From contig OZ243927.1 in assembly GCA_965213925.1 (NCBI GenBank), positions 2,304,001 through 2,368,000 on the forward strand: 64,000 nucleotides of DNA, written 5' to 3'. The stretch is from Trueperaceae bacterium. GTDB lineage: Bacteria > Deinococcota > Deinococci > Deinococcales > Trueperaceae. The position numbers and the translations under genes were made by a program. The notes beneath the pieces are model-generated. The model saw only the letters and a list, made by a program, of their open reading frames with translations, did not search any database and was not told the origin of the DNA. How positions within the stretch are numbered: the first letter of the stretch is position 1; each line of letters starts with the position of its first letter. Shown in pieces: positions 9,207 through 19,658 of the stretch.

Positions 9207-9659
9207 ATGATCTCTAAAGATTCCAAACGACCTCTTTTCATCGTCAACGTCGAAGGTGCAATTCTGCGCGGCGAGCGCTACCTCATGATCTTAAGAGGTG
9301 AAAAGGAAAGTCACGCGGCGGGAACCTTATCTCTACCTGGGGGCAAGGTCGAATTAACTGAAATCGGAGATAATGTCTTAGAGAAGGCGCTAGAGCGTGA
9401 AATCAGGGAAGAGGTCGGGTTAGAGGTCTTAACTATTCGCTATCTCGAGAGCAAGTCTTTCGTCGCAGATGACGGTGAGCCGGTGGTGGATATCGTCTTT
9501 CTCTGTTCTTGTGAAGAGGGCGAAGCGGTGACGGGAGACGCCGAAGTCGAGGCGCTTCACTGGCTTACGGCGCAAGAGGTCTACGCGCATCCGAAAACGC
9601 CTTCTTGGATTCGCCAGAGCGTTGAAAAGGCTGAAAAGGTGCGAGAACCGAAGCTATGA
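9207..9659 (+). CDS. NUDIX hydrolase
   Basis: PGGKVE...ALEREIREEVGL Nudix box. Confidence 0.9.
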   Translation: MISKDSKRPLFIVNVEGAILRGERYLMILRGEKESHAAGTLSLPGGKVELTEIGDNVLEKALEREIREEVGLEVLTIRYLESKSFVADDGEPVVDIVFLCSCEEGEAVTGDAEVEALHWLTAQEVYAHPKTPSWIRQSVEKAEKVREPKL

Positions 9660-10738
9660 AATGGAAAAGAATCGTGGTGAAGGTGGGCTCGAGTTCCATC
9701 ACGGACGACTCGGGGCGCATCCATCCCCCGTCGATGTGGGCGATTGCCAGAGGGATGCAGGTTGTCCAAGGGACGTTTGCGTGTAAGGGGATTCTCGTCT
9801 CGTCGGGTGCGGGCGCGGCGGGGCGCGAGCAACTCGGGCTGTCGTTACCGCTTACGATGCCCGATAAGCAAGCGGCTGCGGCGGTAGGGCAGACGCTTCT
9901 GATGCTCGACTGGGCGCGAGCGTTAGCACCCTTGCCCGTCGCCCAACTCCTCCTCACTGCGTCGGACGTGCAAGACCGAGAGAGATACGTCAACGCGAAA
10001 AACGCGCTAGAAGCCTCCCTCAAACTAGGCGCTGTGCCGATCATTAACGAGAACGACTCGGTGACGACCTCGGAAATCAAATTGGGTGATAACGACACCC
10101 TCTCGGCGTGGGCGGCGTATCTGGTCGGGGCGGACGCGCTGATTATCTTGACCGATGTTGACGGACTTTATGACGCGGACCCGCGCACGAAGCCCGCGGC
10201 GAGGCGCTTAGAGGTCGTCGAGAACGTGAAAGAGGTGAGCCATCTGGCGGGCAAGGCGGGCTCGAGCCGAGGCACAGGCGGCATGGTCACGAAGCTGCGG
10301 GCGGCGAAGATTGCGACGGAAGCGGGCATCGAAACGCTCGTTATCGGCGGAGGCGGGGCGGGGTTGGAGGCGCTGGCAAGGGGTGAAGTCAGAGGCACGC
10401 GCTTTCTCGCGCAAGCGCACCCACCCGCGCGTAAAGCGTGGTTGGCGCAGCAGCCGACCAAAGGACGTATCACGGTAGATGCGGGCGCGGCGCGTGCACT
10501 TAAAGCAGGGCGGAGTCTGTTGCCGAGTGGAATTACGGAGGTCTCGGGCACGTTCAGCTTTGGCGACGCGGTGTCTGTCGAGCATGAAGGCTCACCCCTT
10601 GCGCGGGGCTTGGCGAACTACTCAGGGTCCTCGTTGCAGAAAATCAAAGGACGGCAGACGAGCGAGATCGCGTCGGTCTTAGGCTACAAAGATTACGATG
10701 AGATCATCCACCGGGATAATTTGGTCATTGTGGGCTGA
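9656..10738 (+). CDS. proB: Glutamate 5-kinase
   Basis: VVKVGSS, INENDSV, GDND and GTGGMVTK motifs plus a C-terminal PUA domain. Confidence 0.95.
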   Translation: MKWKRIVVKVGSSSITDDSGRIHPPSMWAIARGMQVVQGTFACKGILVSSGAGAAGREQLGLSLPLTMPDKQAAAAVGQTLLMLDWARALAPLPVAQLLLTASDVQDRERYVNAKNALEASLKLGAVPIINENDSVTTSEIKLGDNDTLSAWAAYLVGADALIILTDVDGLYDADPRTKPAARRLEVVENVKEVSHLAGKAGSSRGTGGMVTKLRAAKIATEAGIETLVIGGGGAGLEALARGEVRGTRFLAQAHPPARKAWLAQQPTKGRITVDAGAARALKAGRSLLPSGITEVSGTFSFGDAVSVEHEGSPLARGLANYSGSSLQKIKGRQTSEIASVLGYKDYDEIIHRDNLVIVG

Positions 10739-10749
10739 GTAGGTCACTA

Positions 10750-10860
10750 TAGCAAGTATCATTTGGTTTGAGCCAATCCGGGAAGAGACAACATTGACGA
10801 GCACGCACATTCGAGAATGATACTTACGTGACTCAAGCTCAGTGTTTATGTTAATTGCTT
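10750..10860 (+). mobile_element. 111-bp MITE, copy 2 (at the stop codon of the convergent hydrolase gene)
   Basis: TA at 10748-10749 and 10861-10862; close match to copy 1. Confidence 0.88.
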
Positions 10861-11819
10861 TATTCATAGAGCGCTTGGACGAAGCTCGAGATAGCCTCCA
10901 CCAGTCCATCCGTAAGCGGTAGGTCGGGATTCGCATACGTCGCTAGGTTTAGAGCGCGGTTTGCAGGTGCATCTTTCAAGACGTGGTTCATCCCTTCTAA
11001 AATGACAAGCTCGGCGTCAGGCTGGGCGGCGCTCAGCAGTTCGGCATCTTCGACGCGCACCTGAATATCCGTTGTGCCTTGAACGACGAGGACGGGCATC
11101 TCGAGCCTCGCCACCTCTTCCGCCGGGTCGTACTGAAACCAACTGATGAGGTAAGGCTGCACGTTGGGGCGAAAGAGGGCGTCGCCGATAGCGGGCACGG
11201 CGGCGATACCTTCCGGTAGCGGCTGGACGGTTTCGCCCTCCTCTAACGACGCGATGACCTCTTTGCTCTCCTCCAAAAGAGGTCGAGGAAGCTGGACGCT
11301 CAGTTGGCGCCCCAACGTATCCGCCGCTGGCTCCCCTGCGCCCGCGAGAGAGATGAAAGCGTCCACGTCCGCACGTTGCGCCGCCACCATGCCGATAAGC
11401 GAGCCTTCGGAGTGACCCAGCATGACAATGTCGGAGAAGCGCGCATCGCTTTGCAAGAGGTCGAGCCACGCCGCCGCGTCGTCGATGTAGGTGCCAAAGC
11501 GTAACGCGCGCTCCTCGAGCCCTGCCGGAGCACTCTCGCCGATGCCCCGTTTGTCAATGCGCAAGCTCGCGATTCCTTCATCCGCCAACGCTTCCGCTAA
11601 AAGTTTAAGGCTGTCGTTCTTGCCGGGGAGTTGCGCGGAGTTGCCGTCCCTATCGGTCGGACCTGAGCCGGGATGGATGAGGACGACAGGATAAGGTTCG
11701 CTCGTGTTAGGAAGCTCGAGCGTCCCGTAGAGCGTGCCCGTCATCGTCTCCAAGCTGATAGGCTCAGATTGAGCAGATGCAAAAGCGAGGCTCAGTAAAA
11801 GAAGAACGAGGTATTTCAT
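10860..11819 (-). CDS. Secreted alpha/beta hydrolase
   Basis: Signal peptide; GSGPTDRDGN, GHSEG and GMNHVLK motifs. Confidence 0.9.
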   Translation of the reverse strand: MKYLVLLLLSLAFASAQSEPISLETMTGTLYGTLELPNTSEPYPVVLIHPGSGPTDRDGNSAQLPGKNDSLKLLAEALADEGIASLRIDKRGIGESAPAGLEERALRFGTYIDDAAAWLDLLQSDARFSDIVMLGHSEGSLIGMVAAQRADVDAFISLAGAGEPAADTLGRQLSVQLPRPLLEESKEVIASLEEGETVQPLPEGIAAVPAIGDALFRPNVQPYLISWFQYDPAEEVARLEMPVLVVQGTTDIQVRVEDAELLSAAQPDAELVILEGMNHVLKDAPANRALNLATYANPDLPLTDGLVEAISSFVQALYE

Positions 11820-12242
11820 GGGACGACCTTTCAAAAAGTGTGCTCATGTGCCACTTCGCCAATGAGCAAAATTATAGCGTAGCGGAAGCGGTAAAGTAAG
11901 TGGGTTCCTTCTATTCTTTCGTTACTCGGTCTCATCATCGTCGGGCATCAACCATCAGAAGAGGCAGGGATGGCGTATTTGGCGGAGTGGCTAAAGCCTA
12001 AGCTCCCGAATACTCCTACTACTCATATTCCGAGTAGTTATCCGTTGAAGACTGCTTGAACTCTTGGTCACACTTTTCGCACGCGCTGAGGTTACCGAAT
12101 TTAACGTGCTTTTAGAGGGTTGGCGGTTAAGTGTTAGAGGACTCGAGACCCTAGGTCGTCACCTCTTCAGCGGTCTCTACGCGGCGTTTTCACAAGCTGA
12201 CAAAGACCATACAGAGTCATTTTAGACTGCCGAGGAGACCTC

Positions 12243-13643
12243 ATGGACAAAGCCTCCGCTTCGCCCGCTACCAAACCATCCGCCACACCGTCCGCTGCTC
12301 ACGACATCCCCTTCTCTGAGGCGTTTCGCGTGTGGGTCAAGGTCGCGCTCAACTCCTTTGGCGGTCCGGCGGGGCAGATTGCGGTCATGCACAGGCTTCT
12401 CGTGGAAGAGAAGCGTTGGATCAGCGAGACGCGCTTTTTGCACGCGATGAACTACTGTATGCTCCTGCCCGGACCCGAAGCGCAGCAGCTCGCCACCTAT
12501 ATCGGCTGGCTACTTCACAAAACAAAAGGCGGGCTCGTGGCGGGGTTGCTCTTTATCCTGCCGGGCTTTCTCTCGATTCTCGCGCTGAGTATCGTTTACG
12601 CGCTTTACAGCAGCTCGAGTTTCGTCGAAGCCCTCTTCTTCGGGCTCAAGGCGGCGGTGCTGGCGCTCGTCGCCGAAGCGGTCATTCGCATCGGTAAGCG
12701 CGTCGTCAAAAACTGGGCGATGCTCCTCATCGCCGCCCTCGCCTTTATCGCGATCTTCTTTTTCACCTTGCCCTTCCCGCTCATCGTATTCGCCGCGGGT
12801 CTCATCGGCTTTTTAGGTGGGAAGCTCGCGCCTGACCTCTTCTACGTCGTCAAGGGGCGAGAGGTCGGCAAAGACGATGAAGCAGGGTTTGTCATCACCG
12901 ACGCCGTCGCCTCTCACACTGCGCTGTCCGCGTCTTATGCGCTTAAAACGAGCGCGATTTGGCTCTCTATTTGGCTGGCTCCCTTAGCACTCATTATCTT
13001 GACGCTCGGCGCAGATAATGTCTTTTCACAGATCGCCCTCTTCTTCTCCCAAGCCGCCGTCGTGACCTTCGGCGGCGCGTATTCGGTGCTCGCCTTTATC
13101 GCGCAGCAAGCGGTGGAGGTCTACGGCTGGCTCCGCCCCGGCGAGATGTTAGACGGGCTCGGCATGGCGGAGACCACGCCGGGACCGCTCGTGCAGGTCA
13201 CGCAGTTCGTCGGCTTTATGGGCGCGTATCGGCAGGGCGGCTTCGAGCCTATTACGGCGGGCGTGTTAGGCTCGGTACTCACTACCTGGATGACGTTTGC
13301 GCCCTGTTTTTTCTTCATCTTCTTGGGTGCGCCCTTTATCGAACACTTGCGCGGTAACAAGTCACTCACGGCGGCGCTCTCGGCGATTACGGCGGCGGTG
13401 GTGGGCGTCATCCTCAACTTGGCGGTCTGGTTCGGAGTTCACGCGGTGTTCTCTAGCGTGACGGACGTCTACTTCGGTCCGCTCCGGCTGCTCGTGCCTG
13501 ACTGGGCGACGCTCAGTTGGACGGCGCTCGTGATCGCGGTGGGTGCGTTCGTGGCGCTTTTTCGCTTTAAGGTAGGTATGATTCCCACCCTGGCGGTAAG
13601 CGCGGGGGCAGGCTTGCTCTACCGCTTGGTGTTCGTCGGCTGA
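12243..13643 (+). CDS. chrA: Chromate efflux transporter (long-chain CHR)
   Basis: SFGGPAGQI, LPGPEA, TFGGAY and ETTPGP motifs. Confidence 0.93.
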   Translation: MDKASASPATKPSATPSAAHDIPFSEAFRVWVKVALNSFGGPAGQIAVMHRLLVEEKRWISETRFLHAMNYCMLLPGPEAQQLATYIGWLLHKTKGGLVAGLLFILPGFLSILALSIVYALYSSSSFVEALFFGLKAAVLALVAEAVIRIGKRVVKNWAMLLIAALAFIAIFFFTLPFPLIVFAAGLIGFLGGKLAPDLFYVVKGREVGKDDEAGFVITDAVASHTALSASYALKTSAIWLSIWLAPLALIILTLGADNVFSQIALFFSQAAVVTFGGAYSVLAFIAQQAVEVYGWLRPGEMLDGLGMAETTPGPLVQVTQFVGFMGAYRQGGFEPITAGVLGSVLTTWMTFAPCFFFIFLGAPFIEHLRGNKSLTAALSAITAAVVGVILNLAVWFGVHAVFSSVTDVYFGPLRLLVPDWATLSWTALVIAVGAFVALFRFKVGMIPTLAVSAGAGLLYRLVFVG

Positions 13644-13650
13644 AAGCCCA

Positions 13651-15366
13651 TCACGGCTGCTGCGGCTTACGGATGGGCAGATAAGTCGGGTTCCACATGC
13701 GTTTAGAGATGAAGGTGTGGGGGTCTTCCTCCAATCTAAATTCGGTATCATCTGCTTCAGCAACCGTCCGCACAACCTCCGCTGCCACCCGCTCACTTGC
13801 CCCGCGCAGCTCGCCGATGCCGGGGTAGACGAGCCCCCTTTCCAGACGCGCCGCCGAGACCTGCTCGGAGAGCGCCCGCGCCGCGACGTTCAGGATGTCA
13901 GCGTCTACGTGCTTCGCGCCGCTCAGCATCAATCCTAGACCCAAGCCGGGAAAGATAAAAGCGTTATTGCCCTGCCCGACGCCGTAAGTTTGACCGCCAT
14001 ATTCCACATCGTCGAAGGGGCTGCCCGTCGCGAGCGTCACACGCCCGTTTGTCCAGCGGATGAGGTCTTCAGGTTTGGCTTCGCAGTGGCTCGTAGGATT
14101 TGAGAGCGGGAAGATGATGGGGTGCTCCGTATTGGCGCACACCGCCTTAGTGACCTCTTCACCGAATGCGCCCGCTTGACCGGAAAAGCCTAAGAGCGTC
14201 GTTATGCGGGCGTTTTGGACCACCTCGAGCAAACTCGGGTCATCCCCTTCAATGTGCCAGCCCTCCAAACGGCTCGGGTCTTGCGCCAGGCTCGCCTTGT
14301 AAGACTCCAAGCCTCGGCGGTCATTCAGGATGAGCCCGAAAGGGTCCATCATGAAGATTTTGGCTTTGGCGTCGGCGGCGCTCAACCCTTCGTGTTTAAG
14401 CGCCGCGAAGAGCTGCCGCGCCACCCCGACGCCTGCGGCTCCCGCGCCGAAAATCAGAAAGGTTTCGTTTTTGAGGGTATGCCCGTGTCGCTTCGTTGCA
14501 GCGAGGAGCCCGGCGAGCACCACCGCGCCTGTCCCCTGGATGTCGTCGTTAAAGGAGGGGAGCGTCTCTTTATGCTGCGCCAAAACCTCGAAGGCTTTGT
14601 CGCGGCTGAAGTCCTCCCACTGCAAGAGCACGCCCGGATGATGCCGCTCTAACGCCTTCACAAAGGTGTTGATAAAGTTGTAGTAAGCGCTCCCCGTGAG
14701 CCTCGGATGGCGTGCGCCCAGATACATAGGGTCTTCCAACAACTCCTCGTGGTTCGTGCCGACATCGAGCTGTACGGGCAAGCAGAGCGCCGGGTCCACA
14801 CCCGCCGCCGCCGTGTAGAGCGAGAGCTTGCCGATGCAGATCGCCATGCCGCCGAAGCCCTGATCGCCGATGCCCAAAATACCCTCAGCGTCGGTAGCGA
14901 CGATGAGCCTGATATGGGGGTAGGGCGTGTTGGCTAAAAGGTTGTCGATGCGGTCGATATTTTTCGTGCTGACGACGAGCCCGCGCGGAAAGCGGTAGAT
15001 GCGGCTGAAGTGCGTCGCGGCGAGCGCCACGGTGGGCGTATAAATGATGGGCATCATCTCCTCTAAGTGCTCGGCTAAGAGCGCGTAAAAGAGTACCTCG
15101 CAGCGGTCTTGCAAGAGCCGCAAATAGATGTACTTGTCGAAGTCCTTCTCGAAATGGCGGTAGTTGTTGTAGGCACGCTGAACCTGCTCTTCTAGGCTCG
15201 AGACGTGTGCAGGCAAGATGCCCCAAAGGTTAAAAACGTCGCGCTCCTCGGCGGTAAACGCGGTGCTCTTATTCAAGAGGGGCAAGCGGGTGAGCATCAG
15301 ACCGGGGAGGTCGGTTTCTAAGTAGGGATTGCCGCTCGCGTCGCGTTTGTACTCAAACTGCTTCAT
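13651..15366 (-). CDS. maeA: NAD-dependent malic enzyme
   Basis: PIIYTPTV, ILGIGD, QWEDF, FNDDIQGTG and PLSNPT motifs. Confidence 0.92.
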   Translation of the reverse strand: MKQFEYKRDASGNPYLETDLPGLMLTRLPLLNKSTAFTAEERDVFNLWGILPAHVSSLEEQVQRAYNNYRHFEKDFDKYIYLRLLQDRCEVLFYALLAEHLEEMMPIIYTPTVALAATHFSRIYRFPRGLVVSTKNIDRIDNLLANTPYPHIRLIVATDAEGILGIGDQGFGGMAICIGKLSLYTAAAGVDPALCLPVQLDVGTNHEELLEDPMYLGARHPRLTGSAYYNFINTFVKALERHHPGVLLQWEDFSRDKAFEVLAQHKETLPSFNDDIQGTGAVVLAGLLAATKRHGHTLKNETFLIFGAGAAGVGVARQLFAALKHEGLSAADAKAKIFMMDPFGLILNDRRGLESYKASLAQDPSRLEGWHIEGDDPSLLEVVQNARITTLLGFSGQAGAFGEEVTKAVCANTEHPIIFPLSNPTSHCEAKPEDLIRWTNGRVTLATGSPFDDVEYGGQTYGVGQGNNAFIFPGLGLGLMLSGAKHVDADILNVAARALSEQVSAARLERGLVYPGIGELRGASERVAAEVVRTVAEADDTEFRLEEDPHTFISKRMWNPTYLPIRKPQQP

Positions 15367-15522
15367 TAGGTCTCCTTGTTCGCCTTGTTTTGTCCTAATT
15401 TATCCCGACAAAGCGCTCTGCGGAAGACCTAAATGTCTATTGCGGCGATATTTTTGTTTTTCTGTGTCTCGAGCGATTGTGTGTTATAGGTTGCCCGAAC
15501 TATCTGTAGATTGGAAGCGAAC

Positions 15523-16008
15523 ATGGGTGTCAAAAATTACTTAATTGAAGGCGTTTCCGGTACCGGCAAAACCTCGGTCTGCGACGAGCTAAGGCGGCGC
15601 GGCTACTACGCCATTCATGGCGATAGGGACTTGGCCTATCAAGGCGATCCAAAAACTGGTGAGCCTCTGGACGGCTTTGCCCACGAGCATCATATCTGGG
15701 ATGTCGATAAGGTCAGCGCTTTGGTGGCCGACCAGAGCCACGCGGTATCGTTCTTTTGCGGCGGTTCCAGGAATTTCGACCGTTTCATCGATCTATTTGA
15801 TGGCGTTTTTGTTCTCGAGGTCGATCTGGATACGTTGAACCGGCGTCTTGCCGTCCGAGCTAAAGACGAGTGGGGCGGACGAGTAAGCGAACGGGAATTC
15901 ATTGCGCGATTACATGCGACTAAAGAAGACATTCCGAAGAACGCAATCACAATCGACGCCACGGCACCAATCTCACGTGTTGTCGACGCAATTCTTGAGC
16001 AATGGTGA
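15523..16008 (+). CDS. P-loop nucleoside/nucleotide kinase-like protein
   Basis: Walker A motif GVSGTGKT. Confidence 0.8.
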   Translation: MGVKNYLIEGVSGTGKTSVCDELRRRGYYAIHGDRDLAYQGDPKTGEPLDGFAHEHHIWDVDKVSALVADQSHAVSFFCGGSRNFDRFIDLFDGVFVLEVDLDTLNRRLAVRAKDEWGGRVSEREFIARLHATKEDIPKNAITIDATAPISRVVDAILEQW

Positions 16009-16280
16009 CTTGTCCCTTGCTGGTGATAGTGGCGGTGTGCTTCATCCTCACTCCTGTTCAGTAAGGTAAGGGTGGAATAATGACAGTTATCGAGTAGCTT
16101 GGAGAAATGGGTTTCGGCTTCGTGGATGTCAGCATAGATTAAGCGGTAGACCAAAATATAATGATGATATGGAAGAAAGGACTTTTAGCTCGAGAGGTAC
16201 TCTTTGTTTCGTTAAGCGTAGCTATTCGCACCCGAATTTTTTAAGTTGAATACCACACCATAATTTGTAGGGAGAGAAGC

Positions 16281-17350
16281 GTGGCAAAACGTTACCCAGC
16301 GATTGAACCTTTTGCCTCGGGTATGCTCGAGGTCGGAGATGGACATGAGCTTTATTGGGAAGAGATCGGCAACCCTGAAGGAACCCCTGCTGTTTATCTA
16401 CATGGTGGACCTGGTAGCGGTTGTAGCCCCGGCTCACGCCGCAACTTTGACCCTAACGCTTACCGCGCCGTGCTGTTTGACCAACGAAGTTGTGGGCGTA
16501 GTCGCCCCCTTGCCTCTAAACCTGATGCTGATTTGAGTACCAACACGACCCGTCATCTCACCGCTGATATTGAAGCCCTGCGTCAACATTTTGGTATCGA
16601 ACGTTGGGTTGTTGCGGGTGGTTCGTGGGGCGTTACGTTAGGGTTAGTGTACGCACAACGCTATTCCGAACGAGTAAGGGCTATGGTGCTTGGCGCTGTA
16701 ACTGCTGGAACACGCCGCGAAATAGCTTGGATCACCCGCGATATGGGCAGAATCTTTCCGCGTGAATGGGAACGTTTTGTTGCGCTTGTTCCTGAAGCTG
16801 AGCGTAGCGGTGATTTATCTGCTGCCTATGCGCGGCTCTTAGCCAGCCCTGATCCAGAGGTACGTGAACACGCAGCACTCGAGTGGTGTCAATGGGAAGA
16901 TACCCATGTTTCTCTAATGCCAGATTGGGAACCCAACCCACGTTACCAGGACCCGCAGTTTCGTCTCCTTTTTGCTCGCCTTGTGACACACTATTGGAGT
17001 CATGGTTGCTTCTTGAGCGACGCCGAAGTGATGGTCGGAATGCACCGTTTAGCAAATATAGCAGGTATCATCTGGTTTGAACCAACCTCACGTTATAGAA
17101 CATCGTGTAGCACGCACTTCAAGTGATGATACCTGCGCCATTTCGCTCCAATACTTCCGATAACCGCTATATTCCCGCAATACTTATCCACGGGCGTTGG
17201 GATATTTCTGGTCCTTTGGATATAGCCTGGGCTTTGCACCGTACTTGGTCAAAGAGCGAGTTGCGCATCTTAAATAATGCGGGACATGGAGGAATCGGCT
17301 TTCCTGAAGCGATGACGGCTGCGTTAGATAAATTTCGTGATGCACCCTGA
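16281..17350 (+). pseudogene. pip: Prolyl aminopeptidase disrupted by a MITE
   Basis: HGGPGSG and GGSWG motifs; removing 17059-17169 plus one TA restores RLANIPAILIHGRWD in a 318-aa ORF. Confidence 0.9.
17059..17169 (+). mobile_element. 111-bp MITE, copy 3
   Basis: TA-TAGC...GCTA-TA ends; internal IR GCAGGTATCATC/GATGATACCTGC. Confidence 0.9.
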
Positions 17351-17379
17351 GCTATGGTCGTTGAGAGATATCCGTAACC

Positions 17380-17439
17380 AAAGAAAAAAGCGTTGAGCGA
17401 TTCACGGTCAGTAACTGTCTTCCGTGAATCACTCAACGC
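17380..17439 (-). terminator. Terminator of the infB operon
   Basis: 18-bp stem with one G-U pair, followed by TTTTTTCTTT on the minus strand. Confidence 0.85.
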
Positions 17440-17488
17440 CCTCGTTGCAGGGTAATCGAAGGTCTTATCTAAGGTTCTCTACAAACCT

Positions 17489-19255
17489 CTAAACTGGCAC
17501 CTCCACCATCTCATACGCCTCAATCACATCCCCCTCTTGCACGTTCTCATAGTTCTGCAAGTTAATCCCGCATTCAAAACCGTTACCGACTTCGCGCACG
17601 TCGTCTTTGAAGCGGCGAAGCTGCGCGACGGAACCTTTGTAGACCTCTCTACCCCCGCGAATGAGCCGCGCTTTCGCCCCGCGCCGAATCGTGCCGTCGG
17701 TGACGTAAGAGCCGGCGATGTTACCCGAACGCGGCACGCGGATGACCTGGCGCACTTCGGCGTGACCCGTGACCTGCTCTTCGTACTCGGGCTCGATCTG
17801 ACCGCGAATCATCCGCTCGACCTCTTCGATGAGCTGGTAGATGATCTTGTACGTCTTGAGCGTGACGCCTTGGCGCTCGGCGGCTTTCTTGACGCTGCCC
17901 GCCGGGTTGACGCCGAAGCTCATCACGGTGGCGTCCGCTGTGCCTGCTAAGAGCAAATCGCTCTCGGTAGGTGCGCCGACTTCGGCGAGCATGATTTCTA
18001 CGTCCACCTCGTCGGTCTTTTCGGCTTCTTTGGCAATAACGCCTTTGATGGCCTCAAGTGACCCCTGCGTGTCCGCCCGCAAGATGAGGTTAATCGTCGT
18101 GACTTTCGGCTTGCCGAAGAGGTCCGCGAGTGTCACGCCCTTCATGCCGATGCGCTCGCGCTCCTCCTCTTCGCGGGTTTGGGTCCGCTCCGAGACGAGT
18201 TGCTTAGCGGTGGCTTCGTCGGCGACAGCGACGACTTTGTCGCCCGCTTGCGGCTGGTTGCTAAAGCCTAAAATCTGTACGGGGAAAGACGGCCCAGCTT
18301 CCTTGACGCGCTCACCCGAAAAATCCGTCATAGCGCGAATCTTCGCCCACGCCTCGCCCGAGACGATATAGTCGGTGACATGGAGGGTGCCTTTTTGCAC
18401 CAATATGGTGGCCAAAACGCCCGCGCGTTTGTCCAGAATGGACTCGATAACGACGCCTTCTGCTTCACCATCTCGAGGTGCACGGAAGTCTTCCAACTCC
18501 GCCACGAGCGAGATCATCTCCAAGAGGTTGTCGACGCCTTCGCCCGTCTGAGCGCTGATCGGTACGACGATGGTGTCGCCGCCGAAGTCCTCGGGGACGA
18601 GTTCGTACTGCATCAAGTCCTGCTTGACCTTGTCGGGGTTCGCTTGGGGCAGGTCGATTTTGTTAATGCCTACGATGATAGGAACGCCCGCCGCTTTCGC
18701 GTGGGCGATCGCCTCGCGGGTCTGCGGCATGATGGAGTCGTCCGCCGCGACAACGATGATGACAATGTCGGTCGCGGACGCGCCGCGCTGCCGGATTGTC
18801 GTGAAGGCCTCGTGACCCGGCGTGTCTAAAAAGGTGATGGGGCCGCCCGGCGTTTCAGCCTGGTACGCGCCGATGTGCTGGGTGATGCCGCCCGCTTCGC
18901 CCTCGGCAACTTTGGCTTTACGGATGTAGTCTAAGAGGCTCGTCTTGCCGTGGTCGACGTGCCCCATGACGGTGACGACTGGGGCTCGAGTCGGCGCGTC
19001 AGGGTCCACCTCGGGCTTGACCTCTCCCAGTTCCTCGCCCGCTTCGGCTTCGTTGGCGCTCTCAACAGCCGCTTCCGCCTCGGGTGCGCCGCCCTCCTCT
19101 TCGACCAACTGCCGCACGGTGTCGGCGATGTCACCCTCCAAAGTGCTCGAGTGCGACTTATACTCCACCCCCATCGAGTCGAGGATGTCGAGCATGTCTT
19201 TGGTTTCAAGGTTTAAGTCTTTGGCAAGTTGATAAATTCGTACTTTTTCAGACAT
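17489..19255 (-). CDS. infB: Translation initiation factor IF-2
   Basis: [18 protein letters not shown] and DTPGH motifs. Confidence 0.98.
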   Translation of the reverse strand: MSEKVRIYQLAKDLNLETKDMLDILDSMGVEYKSHSSTLEGDIADTVRQLVEEEGGAPEAEAAVESANEAEAGEELGEVKPEVDPDAPTRAPVVTVMGHVDHGKTSLLDYIRKAKVAEGEAGGITQHIGAYQAETPGGPITFLDTPGHEAFTTIRQRGASATDIVIIVVAADDSIMPQTREAIAHAKAAGVPIIVGINKIDLPQANPDKVKQDLMQYELVPEDFGGDTIVVPISAQTGEGVDNLLEMISLVAELEDFRAPRDGEAEGVVIESILDKRAGVLATILVQKGTLHVTDYIVSGEAWAKIRAMTDFSGERVKEAGPSFPVQILGFSNQPQAGDKVVAVADEATAKQLVSERTQTREEEERERIGMKGVTLADLFGKPKVTTINLILRADTQGSLEAIKGVIAKEAEKTDEVDVEIMLAEVGAPTESDLLLAGTADATVMSFGVNPAGSVKKAAERQGVTLKTYKIIYQLIEEVERMIRGQIEPEYEEQVTGHAEVRQVIRVPRSGNIAGSYVTDGTIRRGAKARLIRGGREVYKGSVAQLRRFKDDVREVGNGFECGINLQNYENVQEGDVIEAYEMVEVPV

Positions 19256-19271
19256 TTAGTTTAGTCCTCCC

Positions 19272-19384
19272 AAGCAGGTATCATCTGGTCACTAGTACGC
19301 TTAACTGATAAAGCCTTTTGCTTAGCTATCACATTCATAGATGATACTTGCGTCATTTCAAATTGAGTATTCATGAAACTTCCT
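19272..19384 (+). mobile_element. Degenerate MITE, copy 4, between ylxR and infB
   Basis: GCAGGTATCATCT...AGATGATACTTGCGTCATTTC with a similar tail; no clear TA duplication. Confidence 0.6.
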
Positions 19385-19658
19385 GTTGTGGTTGTCCTTT
19401 GGCGTGCTCGAGAAGCTCCTCGTGCAACCGCTCGGTCTGTCCGCGAAAAAAGCGCTTGAGCTTCTTCACGCGCCAGCACTCGGGGTTGTCCGCGCAGACC
19501 CACGCGCCGCGCCCGTCGCTCTTGCGGTTGCGCTCCAAGTAAGCCGTGTCGAGCTGCCAGCCCTCGTCACCCCTATAGAAACGGACCAGGTCGCCCTGCG
19601 GACGCTCGCGCCGACACGCCACGCAGCGGCGCATCGGCACGTGCTTGGCGCGGCTCAT
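19371..19658 (-). CDS. ylxR: YlxR/DUF448 family RNA-binding protein
   Basis: PMRRCVACR and GRGAWVC motifs; located between nusA and infB. Confidence 0.9.
   Translation of the reverse strand: MSRAKHVPMRRCVACRRERPQGDLVRFYRGDEGWQLDTAYLERNRKSDGRGAWVCADNPECWRVKKLKRFFRGQTERLHEELLEHAKGQPQQEVS

Noticed and set aside
11835..12242. Possible riboswitch upstream of chrA
   Set aside because: No fluoride, ykkC or metal-sensing aptamer consensus recognised
16009..16280. AT-rich segment and the 15690-16154 minus-strand ORF
   Set aside because: Mostly antisense to the kinase gene; no family recognised
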